Part shown: piece after piece, positions 1 to 11,796 of the stretch | Layout of the letters: each line of letters starts with the position of its first letter | Position numbering within the stretch: position 1 is the first letter of the stretch | Assembly: GCA_043228905.1 (NCBI GenBank) | Contig: JBHGNT010000020.1 | Span: 6,572,001-6,636,000 of the forward strand | Reading direction: 5' to 3' | Source: Azolla caroliniana | Taxonomy: Eukaryota > Plantae > Polypodiophyta | DNA length: 64,000 nucleotides | Program-made: the position numbers and the translations under genes | Notes under the pieces: generated by a model | The model's input: the letters and a program-made list of their open reading frames with translations, nothing else | The model's database searches: none | Told to the model about the DNA's origin: nothing

Positions 1-540
1 GGGCCGCATGGTTGCGCAAGTCCATTTGTGTTCCAGCTGTCGATGAGGGCCGCATGGTCACTCATGCTCGTTGGTGTTCGTGTTCCCTGTGAGGACTGCA
101 CATGGTCACTCACACCCATTGGTATTCGTGTTCCAATCTCCGGTGAGGATTGCACATGGTCGCTCACACCCATTGGTGGTCGTGTTCCAACTCTCGGTGA
201 GGCCCGACATGGTCTACATGCCCGTTAGTGTTCGTGTCCTCTGTTAGCACCACACATGATCACTCATGCCCGTTGGTATTCGTGTTCCAGATCCCGATGA
301 GGACCGGCATGGTCACTCATGCATGCTGTTGTTCGTGTTCCAATTCCCGGTGAGGACCACACATGGTCGCTCATGCCCGTTGATGTTCGTGTTCCAACTC
401 TCGGCGAGGACCGACATGGTCTCTCATGCCCGTTAGTGTTCGTGTTCCCTGTGAGGACCGCACATGGTCAGTCACGCCCGTTGGTATTCATGTTCCAGTC
501 CTGGGCGAGGACTGCACATGGTTGCTCATGCATGTTGGTG
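1..540. repeat. Minisatellite array of 54-bp and 46/47-bp units (consensus about GAGGACYGCACATGGTCRCTCATGCCCGTTGGTRTTCGTGTTCCAACTCTCGGT), open at the window start
   Basis: GAGGAC-like anchors at about 45, 91, 145, 199, 245, 299, 352, 406, 453 and 507 give spacings of 46, 54, 54, 46, 54, 53, 54, 47 and 54 bp. Confidence 0.9.
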
Positions 541-1145
541 TTCAATACCTCGTGTCGTGGAAGGGTTACTCCTTGTCTAGGATTTTGAAATTACTTTGGA
601 GGTGTTATAATATTTTCATCAACAATATCCCCTTAAGCCAACAACCGGTTTGGGAAGGCGGCATAAGAGGGGGGATAATGTCACATTCTAGACTCAAACC
701 TCTAACTTTTAACACACACAGTACATTGTGTTCTGTTAACCATATGGAAACTCTTGTGAATTGTCCACATGCATTGTAAACTTGCATATATTGTATAGTC
801 TAGTGTATAGTACATTCGAGAATATTCTATTCGTTAGTATATTCTAGAATTATTCTATGGTATATTCTAAACGGGTATATTCTCGAGATATTTCTCAAGT
901 ATATTCTAGAGATATTCAATCTCGGAAATTGTATAAATACTTGTAACATCCTTGGTCCCTTTCAAGGGATTCAATACCAATCATTGACACATCAATCTAA
1001 TATTCTTGTTCCATTCCATCTTGTCTCGATCTTCATTTTTGTCTTCATGCTCTCATCTTCTTCATTTCATATCGGTCGTAGCCTCGTCACTCATAGTCTC
1101 ATCATCCGTGTTTCTTATTAGTCCGTGGTTGGTGTGTCCATGACA
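538..1145 (+). mobile_element. 3' end of a Ty3/Gypsy chromovirus (Tcn1-like): degenerate chromodomain, PPT and 3' LTR
   Basis: GVQYLVSWKGY at 538-570 and FHQQYPLKP at about 614-640 are chromodomain remnants. PPT GAGGGGGGATAA at 667-678. LTR TGTCA...TGACA at 679-1145, followed directly by Copia pol sequence. Confidence 0.75.
679..1145 (+). repeat. LTR of the chromovirus
   Basis: TGTCA/TGACA inverted termini, PPT immediately upstream, internal TATTCTAGA-like repeats at 810-915, TATAAATA at about 932. Confidence 0.7.
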
Positions 1146-1723
1146 ATCGGCCACGTCAACTATTAGAGGCTTCAAGACCTGTAATCGAAATAGGTTGTTT
1201 TCGGATTGCCGAAATTCAGTGGCCGGAAGGCCCAAATATGTGAAGCCTGCCAACTTGGGAAGCAACACTAGCTTCCATTCCCCACCGAAACAAACCGGAG
1301 CCGTAACAAGCTCGACTTAATCCATTCAGATGTATGGGGACCGGAACAGAATGTTAGTCTTGGCAGGAGTCGATATTTCGTCTCCTTCATCGACAACTAC
1401 AGCCGGCACACATGGATCTACCTGATCGAAAAGAAATGCGAAGTTTTTGATTGTTTCCGGAACTTGCAAACTCTAGTTGAACCGAAAACGGAAAGGAAGA
1501 ACAAGTGCCTGCGGTCGGATGGCGAAAAAGAATATTTTTGCAGCCAATTCAATAGTTATTTGCAGCATAAAGGAATTCAAAGAGAATTCAACTGTTCATA
1601 CACACCAGAACAAAACGGTGTAGCCGAAAGGAAGAACCGTTCGATTGTCGATGTGGCAAGAGAAATGCTGGAGCAAAAGAGCATGCCCAAGTTCTACTAG
1701 GCTGAGGCAGTCTGGACAATCGT

Positions 1724-2273
1724 TGTTGGCCAGCAAGGCAAAAGGGCCGGTTAGAGTCCAGAATGTAAAAGGGGTATTTAATTAGGAATAGGGAGTTGAA
1801 ACTAATAAGTGTTATGTTATTTTGAGAATTAATAAGTATTATGTTATTTTGAGAATTAATAAGTATTATGTTATTTTGAGAATTAATAAGTATTATGTTA
1901 TTTTGAGAAGCAGACGGACGGACCCAGAATCGGTATGCCAATTCGGATCCGGACCGGATCATTGTCGGTTGCCGGTTGACCCCAGTTTGTAACTCAGTCA
2001 GAGACCTATAAAAGGACCCAGCAAGAATGTAATCAACGACGGATAATTAATAGAAGTGTTGTTGTTTACGTATGTTAGTGTCTATCTGGTTATTGTCCCG
2101 TGCTTAATATAATTAATCTTACGTGTGTGTTCCAACTAATTAAGAGTGTCGGTTAGTAACCAGTTAAGACCCATTCGATACTACGGTCTATCCATATCTC
2201 CCCGTACCACCCTTTGGTGAAGTGTTCCATAGGGACACCCTATGTTAGGGCTTGTCCAGCCTAAGGGATAACA
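1724..2273 (+). repeat. 5' LTR of the Gypsy (550 bp; four copies of a 27-bp unit)
   Basis: Direct repeat of 11304-11796; TGTTGG...GATAACA. Confidence 0.92.
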
Positions 2274-2280
2274 CAGTTTT

Positions 2281-2291
2281 TGGCGACCACA
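2281..2291 (+). promoter_or_regulatory. Primer-binding site, probably tRNA-Arg type
   Basis: TGGCGACCAC follows the LTR end after a CAGTTTT spacer. Confidence 0.6.
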
Positions 2292-2631
2292 ATTCCTGTA
2301 GTGAGCAAAGAACACTAGGGGATGGATGTCTCGACAGACTAACGACCAAGTCACCGAACGAGGAAGAAGACTTGCTGAAAGACAACAAAGGCGAGCAACC
2401 TTCCAGCAAGCATCCGAGGAGATCCGATAGGATCAATCTTTTCCCAGAATGCCTCAGAGGGTCGCGGAAGAAGCACTTCAGTTCCAAACACAACAACTTT
2501 CCGACGAGGGCAGTAGTCTAACGAGCCTGCAAGAGGCAGAAGCGCGATTGTGGACGCTTGCCGGAGGCAACGGAGACTTGGGGGCATTCTCGGCCTTAGA
2601 GTAGGAATCGGATAGTGAACAAAGTGTTCAG

Positions 2632-5600
2632 TTGAATTACAAAAGCAGCCACGATACTCCGGATGATCCGAAGGACGACGAATCATACGGCTCATCAACA
2701 CCACCCACGGAGACAACGGAAAACCGCGTGCCAACACCACCCACGGAGGAAGCGGAAAACCGCACACCAACACCACCCACGGAGACAACAGAAAACCACG
2801 CACCAACACCACCCACGGAGACAAAAGAAAACCGCGCACCAACACCACGTGCAGAGCAAGAACTAAACCACACATCTCCGGTACAACCTCCCGAAGACCA
2901 CACCATGCCGTATTCGTATCCAAAGTACCGTGATGACCCTGACGTGGAGGCACACGTCTATGCGTTCCTACAAACATGGGAAGCGAATCATGTATCCCAA
3001 AGGCTGACCGAACCGGAAGCCAAACGGTCAAAAATTGCCGAATTCGGCATGACATTAGATGAACCGGCGGCCTACGGGCACGCAAAGCACCTACCGGGGA
3101 GCTTTGCCACATTTGAGGCCTTGAAAACAAAATTCCACCAACTATTCCATAGGCAAGTGGAACATCGCGAACTAGTTGGACAGTTTTACACAACCTGCCA
3201 AGAGGAGCAGGAGATAGTGCCCCAATTTATCATCCGATTTCAAACACTACACAACCAGTTAACAAGGGCACCTCCGTAGGAGGAGGCGAAACCAGTGTTT
3301 CCGGCCGCTCTACGGGAACCCCTTCGAACGATGTGCGTGGTACTAGATTTCCAGGCCAACACAATAGATCAAGTCATTGATCGGGTGCTGGAAATGGATA
3401 AACATAGCTCCCTAATGACGATAGGAGCCCTACAAAGGGCCCTTCCAAATCAGAAGGATCTCAGGTTTTGCCAGGCATTGCAATGCACAATGTGTCTAAA
3501 CCCGGGCCATTCGACGGTAGACTGCACAATGAGGACGCAGTGTATGATCTGCCACTCACGGGCACACACAACGGACCGATGCGAGTACAACCTACTCACC
3601 CGACAAGCGGCATTGGTGAGGATCATTGAACCATGTAGCAATCATGAATTGGACGACGAACGGTTCCAGAGGGAGGACCGATACCGACCAGAACGTGGGG
3701 ATCGACGCAAGGAAGGCCACAATCGAGATCGATATGAATGGGACTACTCACTAGATTACTACCGGAGAAGGGATGCTTATGACCGGGACCGGTATGATAG
3801 GAACCAAGATTATAATGGTGACCGGTATGGTCGTGACTACTCTCCAAGCTACAACCAGAGGAGGGAGGACCAACGAGAAAACTACGAAGACTGGCATCAG
3901 CAGGGTTACAAGAACAGACGCTTTCTTAAGAAACGGAACTTTCAGAAAGAGGATCATCGGGAGCCGGCAAAGGAGTACCAATGAGAGCCGGATAGAGGCA
4001 TAAGTGGCGCCCAACCGGAATAAAGAAGAATAGAAGAACCTAACCGAGCGGTAACGGGATTTCAACAGGGTACCGAAACAAAAGCAGAATCTAGCAATAC
4101 CCGGAAGGCATATTGTTACTATTGCTGCCAAGAGGGCCATTACAACAACCAATGTCTAGTTAAAAGGAACGAAAAACGGTCAACGGTCAATATGGTGGTA
4201 GCAGAAGTAGCAGATATACAACCAGTCACCACTAGAGCAAAAGGAAAGACGGTAGAGTGGGAAGCAGAAGAGGCCATACGAAAACAGACCACCGAATGGG
4301 TTGAAAAAGCCACCGAAATGAAAGAGCACACAAATGCAGTGGAGGAACTCACTGTAAAGGCACAGCTGGAGAACCCCACGTGGCAAGCTCTTTAGCAATG
4401 CCAAATCACGTTACCACTGGGCCGGTTACTACAACTAATGCCATGGTTCACTGATGGGTTGAAATTGGCGATGGCTCCGTTAAGTTCTGCACCGGCTCCA
4501 ACATTCTTTTCAAATCCGAAGGAAGGACCATCAGTGGTGGACACCCGCAGTCCTGCAATCACTGCGATTATTAAAGGATGGGAGCTACCAGGTATGATAG
4601 TCGATGGTGGATCAGGAGTAAACGTGATAAGCCTCCAGACATGCGACACTTTGGGAATTCGGGAGTGGGAACTATGCCCATTCTAGCTCCGGATGGCGGA
4701 CACAAGCTCAGTCAGACTGGCCGGCTTGATCCAAACTTGGAGGTGACGATCGGAGGTCATGCTTTCCGAATTTCTGCGGTAGTCCTCTAGTTGAACGCGC
4801 AAGGGGCATACCCACTACTGCTAGGACGACCATGGCTCAAGACTGCCCATATCAAACAGAATTGGCAGAAAAACAATATTACGTTCCGTAGAGGGAAAAT
4901 GAAAGTATGAGTACCCACGCAACCGCAAGCAGGCCCCAGCAAAGACGTGACCCCACTATATGCCGAAAATGTGAACATGCTGGCAGGACTGGCCGATGAG
5001 GAGGTGGATTGCTACCTTGAAGAGAACCCAAGGATAGTCCCTCTGTTCGAAGTGGATGTGGCAGAAGCGGTATCTCCCTACATTGTGCGAACGGAAGAGG
5101 TCGGGGAGGAACCGGATAAGGATGCACTCCAGGAACTGCGGCAAGCACAGGAGGCCTTGGAACGGGAAATGGCGGTATCCCAACGAGTAAAGGCGTCCCA
5201 ACTAGAAGAAGTAAATTTGGGCACTAGAAAGGAAGCGCGTCCGGTACACGTGGCCAAGGAGATGTCACCGGAAGACAAATCAGCAATGATAACATTATTG
5301 AAAGAATTCCGGGACATATTCACCTGGTCCTACGAAGATATGCGGGGACTTGACCCCCAACTCTATCAACATCAGATTCACCTCAACAAGGACGCTAAGC
5401 CGGTGGCACAATGACGCTATCGGATGAACCCAAACTACACGGCAAGAGTAAAGGAGGAAATTGACAAGCTACTCTGGGTCGGCTTTATCCGGCTGGTGAA
5501 GAAAGCCACGTGGCTAAGTCCAATCGTCGTAGTATCTAAGAAGAACGGCAAGTTCCGTGCCTGCGTGGATTACCGGAAATTAAATGCGGCAACGGTTATC

Positions 5601-8114
5601 GACGCATTTCCGCTTCTGTTTACGGATGGAGTTTTAGATGCGGTAGCCGGGCAAGAGGTTTATAGCTTTCTCGATGGTTTCAGCGGATATAACCAAATAA
5701 GGATACACCCGGACGATCAAGAAAAGACGACGTTCGTGACAGAATGGGGAGTCTTTGTAGCAGTTGTAATGATGCTCGAACTCAAGACAACGCCGACAAC
5801 CTTTCAGAGGATTATTATGGAAGTATTTGGAGAATTCATACCAGCGTTTATGCAGGTATTCCTGGATGACTTCCCAGTATATAGTCGGAAAGGGGAACAC
5901 CTCGACCATCTCAAGTTATGCTTGGAAAAGTGCAAAGGATACCGGCTAAGCTTAAACCCGGCAAAATGTGTCTTCGGTGTGACCAGCGGCACATTGCTGG
6001 GTCATATTGTTAGCAAGGAAGGGATTGCCATGGACCCGGATAAGGTCAAGGCTATTTTGCAGGCCCTGGCGCCGACGACCGCCAAGGCTTTAAGCCAGTT
6101 CTTAGGACAGATCCGGTGGCATAGTCGGATGCTCCGGTACTTGGCAGATCTCGCCACGCCACTCCACGCAGTTGTACACCGGACACCATTTAATTGGACG
6201 GATGAAGAGGACAAGGCTTATTGCGCACTCAAGGTAATGATGTCACAGGCTCCAGTGGTACAACCCCTGGACTGGTCAAAAGAGTTCCATGTCTTCGTGG
6301 ACGCGTCAGATATTGCAATCGGCAGCGTACTCATGCAACTTACCGAGCCGAAGTGGTACTGGCCGGTGTACTACGCTAGCCAGAAGTTGTCAAAGGCAGA
6401 GCGAAATTATTCCACTACGGAAAGAGAAGCCCTAGGAATGATATATAGCATCACCAAATACCGACATTATTTGTTGGGCCGCAAGTTTTCATTCCATGTC
6501 GACCATTCAGTGCTTTTATACTTGGTCTCAAAGGCATCACTCACTAGCAAGCTAGCCCGGTGGACATTATTATTACAAGAATTTGAATTTGAGATCTATC
6601 ACTGGCCGGGTATACAACATCTAGTTGCCGATTACTTTAGCCGGTTAGAATCCGGAGAGACTGGTGACAACGTTCAAGATGAATTTCCGAATGCCGCATT
6701 GTTTAAAATTATAGCGGAAACCACGGTAGATGGGACAGTCGCGAATGAGGACAAATGGCTAACGAATATGCACCAGTTCTTAAGCACCGGACTACCCCCA
6801 GAGGAGATGAACCGGGATGAACGTAAACAGTTGGCGGTGCGAAGCTGACACTTTTGTCTAGTGCAGGATACACTGTATCATAAAGGAGCAGACGGCATAT
6901 GGCGGTGAGCGGTCCAAAGTGATGAAAAAGACACCATTTTACGTGAAGTGCATTGTGGGGTCGCCGGAGGACATTATGCTGGCAAAGCTACTATAAGGAA
7001 AATATGGCGTAGCGGCTTATGGTGGCCAACGACACTAAAGGACTTGGTTCGATATACGAAGGAATGTGATCTGTATCAAAGAATGGACCAGCCAACAGAA
7101 CAAGCGTGCATGCCGCACCAGCCGGTACTACCTCTAGAGCCATTCTAGAAATGGGGGTTGGACTTCTTTGGACCATTCAAGCCACCGGAAATGCGAACCA
7201 GCAACAGGTACATAATTGTCGCCACAGATTACTATACAAAATGGGTGGAAGCCAAGGCACTACGTGACAATACCGCGGCGTCAACGACAAAGTTCCTATA
7301 CGAGTACATCTCGTGCCGGTATGGATGTCCAATCGAATTAATCAGCGACCAAGGTGAACACTTTCTCAGCCACGTGGTGGAAAGCCTAACAACATTTTAT
7401 GCGGTCGTGCACAAGCGAAGCAACCCTTATTACCCGCAGGCCAATGGATTGGCCGAGTTCACCAATAAAACTCTACAGAACATTCTCCAGAAGATTGTCA
7501 TTGAGAACCGAACCAATTGGGATACAAAGCTGCACAACGCGTTATGGGCTTACCGAACGGCATACAAAACAAGTATTCGGACAATACCATTCCGGTTAGC
7601 GTTTGGTCTCGAAACGGTGATGCCAATTGAATTCCAGATTCCAAGCTTATGGATACATGTTCGGGAGTGGCTGAGCGAGAAGGAGTCGGAAAAAATCCAG
7701 TTAGCAGCACTATGCGAGCTGGAGGAACACTGAATAGCGAGCCTAATGTAGTTGGAACTCGAGCAACGACGAAGGAAAGCATTCGTCGACCGCCACTGGA
7801 AAGGTAACGAGAAGATGTTTGGAATCGGCAAGCCGGTACTAGTGTTCCAAACCCGGATGGGCAAGATGCCGGGGAAGCTACGGTTATGGTGGACCAGACC
7901 ATATTGGATAACGCGAGAGTTCAACGGCTCATATCAATTGGGAACGTTAGCCGGCGAGGTGCTGTACAAGTGGGTAAATGGGTTCCGACTTAAACCATAT
8001 TATGGACCCATGCCACAGAACCCGTTTCATCAACCGGAGAACAAGGCGAACATAGGCAACGTCAAACAGCTGGCTGGCAACCATGAAGACAAGGGAGCCG
8101 GGGTTACCGGGTAA
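2632..8114 (+). pseudogene. Gypsy gag-pol with multiple stops and a frameshift near 4730
   Basis: Gag with CCHC knuckles (CTMCLNPGHSTVDC, CMICHSRAHTTDRC, CYYCCQEGHYNNQC). Protease IVDGGSGVNVI. RT CVDYRKLN, LDGFSGYNQI, VFLDDF. RNase H VDASD, NYSTTEREAL. Integrase H-H-C region, MDFFGPF, SDQGEHF, YPQANGLAE, VNGFRLKPY. Confidence 0.9.
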
Positions 8115-8396
8115 CCGGAACTACAAAAAAGAAAAAAGAAAAAAAAAACATCATGCAAAGGCTAGGAACGAATGGACACCTCGAAAAGGTGTGTAGTGGC
8201 TATTTAAAGCCTAGTTAAAGTGCACCACGTGTCACACAGTTGCTATTATAGTACACAACGTGCATGCGCGGGAATCAAGAAAGGCGCCAAGCATGGGAAC
8301 AAGAAACCTCTGCCTCGTAGAGTCTCTTTCATTTCACAAACACAGAGCTCTGAGCGCACAAAGGACAACACAAGTGAACAGACGAACACAAGAAGC

Positions 8397-11250
8397 ATAG
8401 ATAAGCAGCTCGGCCCTACCTACACCCCCGTAGAACTAGAAGACGAGATGGAACCTATGGCACTTTCCGAAACAGCCAAGAAATGGTTCAACCAACATGG
8501 GCTGGGAGGCTTCCTGAGGATAGCAGAGGCACTACCGCACAATGAAGCAGAAGAAGTTGTGCAGAAAATCGACACGGAGGTCATAACGGAGGAAGCCATC
8601 CTCGCGCTAATCGGACTACCGGAAGGGGGTATCTACTCGATCTAGAACCCTTCTCCTGAAACACTAACCAAGTTTTTTGGTGAGTATTCCCTCGCTAGTA
8701 AGGCTCACCAGACACAGGGCAGCGATGACCCCCTATTCAGAGAAGTGGCTCATGTCTTCCACGAGTATGGGTTCGTGTACCCCTGACCCCCAGCAATGCC
8801 AAAGAACAAAGCCGGTTTCATCATTGCTACGTACATAGGGGTGCAAGTGGATTGGTCGGTAATCATCGTTGATTGTTTGCGGATGGTGATAGAATCAATG
8901 TAAAATGGCAAGAAATTATGGACGGTCGTGGCTCAATGGCTGACTCTTTTGGCGCCACCGGTGGAGCCGGTAAGGACTAAGGAGCGAGTTCGAGTAACGG
9001 AGACCACGCCTAACAAACCTTCAAAACGGAAGCAACTTCTGGCCAAGCACACGCCTGGATGGAAAGAGGGTAGTACCTCGCAGCAAGGGAAAGAATAGCC
9101 TAGCCGGAAGAGGCAAGCAGAGACAGAGACACCGGTGGAGCCACCTATAAGGCCTCTAAAAATCAAGCTGCGCCGACAGGAACAAGAGCCGGACCGCTTG
9201 GCAACGAAGATCAATATGAGAACCCAAGAGGAGGAGGTGGAGGAAAACCCCGCCGATAACCTCCTACGATGCCAGAAACGTAGCGACGCGGAGCAGAAGA
9301 GGGATGAATCCGGTCCGGTGAAGGAAAGCACACTGAAATCCCGCTCCAAGGGACCATAGCCAAGGAAGGAGGCGGAACCGGTTCAACAAGAACCGATGGA
9401 AGAACAACATGTGCGGCAAGAAGCGGCAGTGCCGGTGGTCCAAGAACCGGTAATTGAATTGCCTACTTCACCGGGGCAACAAGCATAGCAAGAGCAGGAG
9501 TTGTCGCTACAGTCAACAATCGAAAATGGGCTTCTAGCAAAAACAGAGGCCATGCCACAACCAAAACCGGCACGACAAAAAGGCACCGGCAATCAATGGC
9601 TACGGTGGATTGGCGAGCAGGTGGCCGGGGTGGTGTGCCAAGTAGAAATGGAGGAGAGAGCACAGGGGAACCGGTTGTTCGCCACAACCAAAGAACTTGA
9701 GAAGTCCTGGTCGAAGATCCGGAGTATGGAAGAAGAAATTGTGCAGGCTAAAGCAGAGGCGGCTAAGTAGGTCATAGAAGGACCAAGACTACCAGAACCG
9801 GTGGCTCCGATGAATGAACAGACTAATAAGATGCCGGTAACTGAAATAACACCGGATGCAAATAAGGCACAAGAACAAGAACTCACCACTCTCAGAGAGG
9901 AATTGGCAGCCCAAGAAGCCTTAAGGGATAGAGAACGAGACCTGAAGAAGGCGGCGGAGGAAGAGCAATGAAAAATGGCAAAGAACCTCCGAAAAGCCGA
10001 GGACAATCTACGGAAAGGTCATCAAGCATATGACCGATTGAAGGAAGAAAAAGACAACCTGTTGCAAGAAAGGGACAAACTCTGGCGATCAGCGGAAGTC
10101 GAGATCGAGCGGCTCTAAGAAGAACTTCGACAACAGAAGGATTGTGAGGACCGGGCCCGATGCCAAATCAATCAGAGGCTGAAACAAAAAACGGAGGATT
10201 TTGACAGGTTGCACCATGATCACAAGCATCTAGAGGCAAAATACAAGAAATTGATGATAGAAGGTGACCGACAGCAAGAAAAAGATGCGGGAACTCCGGG
10301 ATGAAGTCCACAGGATGATAGCGGCACTAGCGAATGAAAGGACCAAGGGAGTCGAAGCGGCAACGATGCTGGTAGAAGCGGCGAAGGACAAACTGGAGCT
10401 TACCCGGCAGCATCATGAGGAGATGGAACGAGCAAAGATGGCTCTAAACAGAGTTCAAACGACTTATCAGACGCAACTGATGCAATATAAGGGGCAAGCT
10501 GAGGCAACCGCAATCCTCATAAACCAATTAAAGGATGAAGAGCATGCTGCAGAGGAGAAGTCAAAGATGGGGTTGGACCGTATTCGAGATATTGTACTGA
10601 CATGGAGGGACCGGACGAAGAAGTTAGTTGAAGAAAGAAAGAGTGGTGGTTCAAATGGGCAAAGCAGGCAGCCGAGTTGCAGGTCTTGCGAGCGGATGCA
10701 GAGAACCGGCAAAAGGACGGCAATAACTTCTACAAATTTGACGCGGAAAGCGTTGTGACCATATGAGAGGAGTTATCGGATGACTTCTTGTCCTTGGCCG
10801 GAGAGCAACTGGTGGCGGTGGGCCGGCTGGTGGAACAGCTGGATGACAACCAGTTGGATACCCAACTCCAATTCGAGCATAACGAACGGGAGCGGAGATA
10901 GCAAATGGAGACTAGAACAACGGCAACAATTAACATTAGTGACGAAGAGAAATCTCTGGAACAGACGTCGAATGCAACTGAGACCGGAGAAAGCCACACA
11001 CAAGTAGCTCAAGAGGAGCAGCCGAAGGTAGCCGACCCGAAAGAGCCAGTGCAAACCGGACATCAGGAGCAGGAGGAGCCCAAAACAAATGAGTCGGAGA
11101 TGAAAGCCCGGAAGGGATGAAAGCCGGAGAGGAGGAGCAAGCTAGAGAGCAACAATAACAGCAGCTACAACAACAAATGGAGCAACTACCCGAAGAACCT
11201 CTAGAACACTTGGACCAAAGCATTCTGGACATTTTGACAGACGAGTGATA
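8397..11250 (+). pseudogene. Long extra sense ORF downstream of pol: globular N-terminal part, E/P-rich linker, long coiled coil; broken by stops
   Basis: ORF pieces at 8220, 9135, 9501 and 10905 share one frame and are separated mainly by single stop codons; the 10264 piece is frameshifted. E/K/R-rich heptad-like sequence. TATTTAAA at 8201 upstream. Confidence 0.6.
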
Positions 11251-11303
11251 AAGGGCTAACCGTGGGTTCAACTTACAATGTATTGTCCCATGGGCGTGCC
11301 ATG

Positions 11304-11796
11304 TGTTGGCTGGCAAGGCAAAAGGGCCGAGAGTCCAAAATGTAAAAGGGGTATTTAATTAGGAATAGGGAGGTGAAATTAATAAGTACTATGTTATTTT
11401 GAGAATTAATAAGTATTATGTTATTTTGAGAAGCGGGCGGACGGACCCAGAATCGGTATGCCGATTCGGATCCGGACCGGATCATTGCCGGTTGCCGGTT
11501 GGCACTGGTTTGTAACTCGGTCGAAGACCTATAAAAGGACCCGGCAAGAATGTAATCAACGACGGATAATTAATAGAAGTGTTGTTGTTTACGTATGTTA
11601 GTGTATATCTGGTTACTGTCATGTGCTTAATATAATTAATCTTACGTGTGTGTTACGACTAATTAAGAGTGCCAGTTAGTAACCAGTTAAGACCCATTCG
11701 ATACTACGGTCTATCCATATCTCCTCGTACCACCCTTTGGTGAAGTGTTCCACAGGGACACCCTATGTTAGGGCTTGTCCAGCCTAAGGGATAACA
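11304..11796 (+). repeat. 3' LTR of the Gypsy (493 bp; two copies of the 27-bp unit)
   Basis: Direct repeat of 1724-2273. Confidence 0.92.

Larger units (their letters stand above)
1724..11796 (+). mobile_element. Full-length non-chromovirus Ty3/Gypsy LTR retrotransposon (Athila/Phygy-like, no chromodomain, no extra archaeal-type RNase H seen), decayed
   Basis: LTRs 1724-2273 and 11304-11796 (TG...CA). TSD ATCGT/GTCGT with one mismatch. PBS TGGCGACCAC at 2281. Domain order gag-PR-RT-RH-INT. Confidence 0.93.

Noticed and set aside
1-540. CRISPR-like appearance of the repeat array
   Set aside because: Units are contiguous degenerate repeats without unique spacers, no cas genes are present, and the context is eukaryotic.
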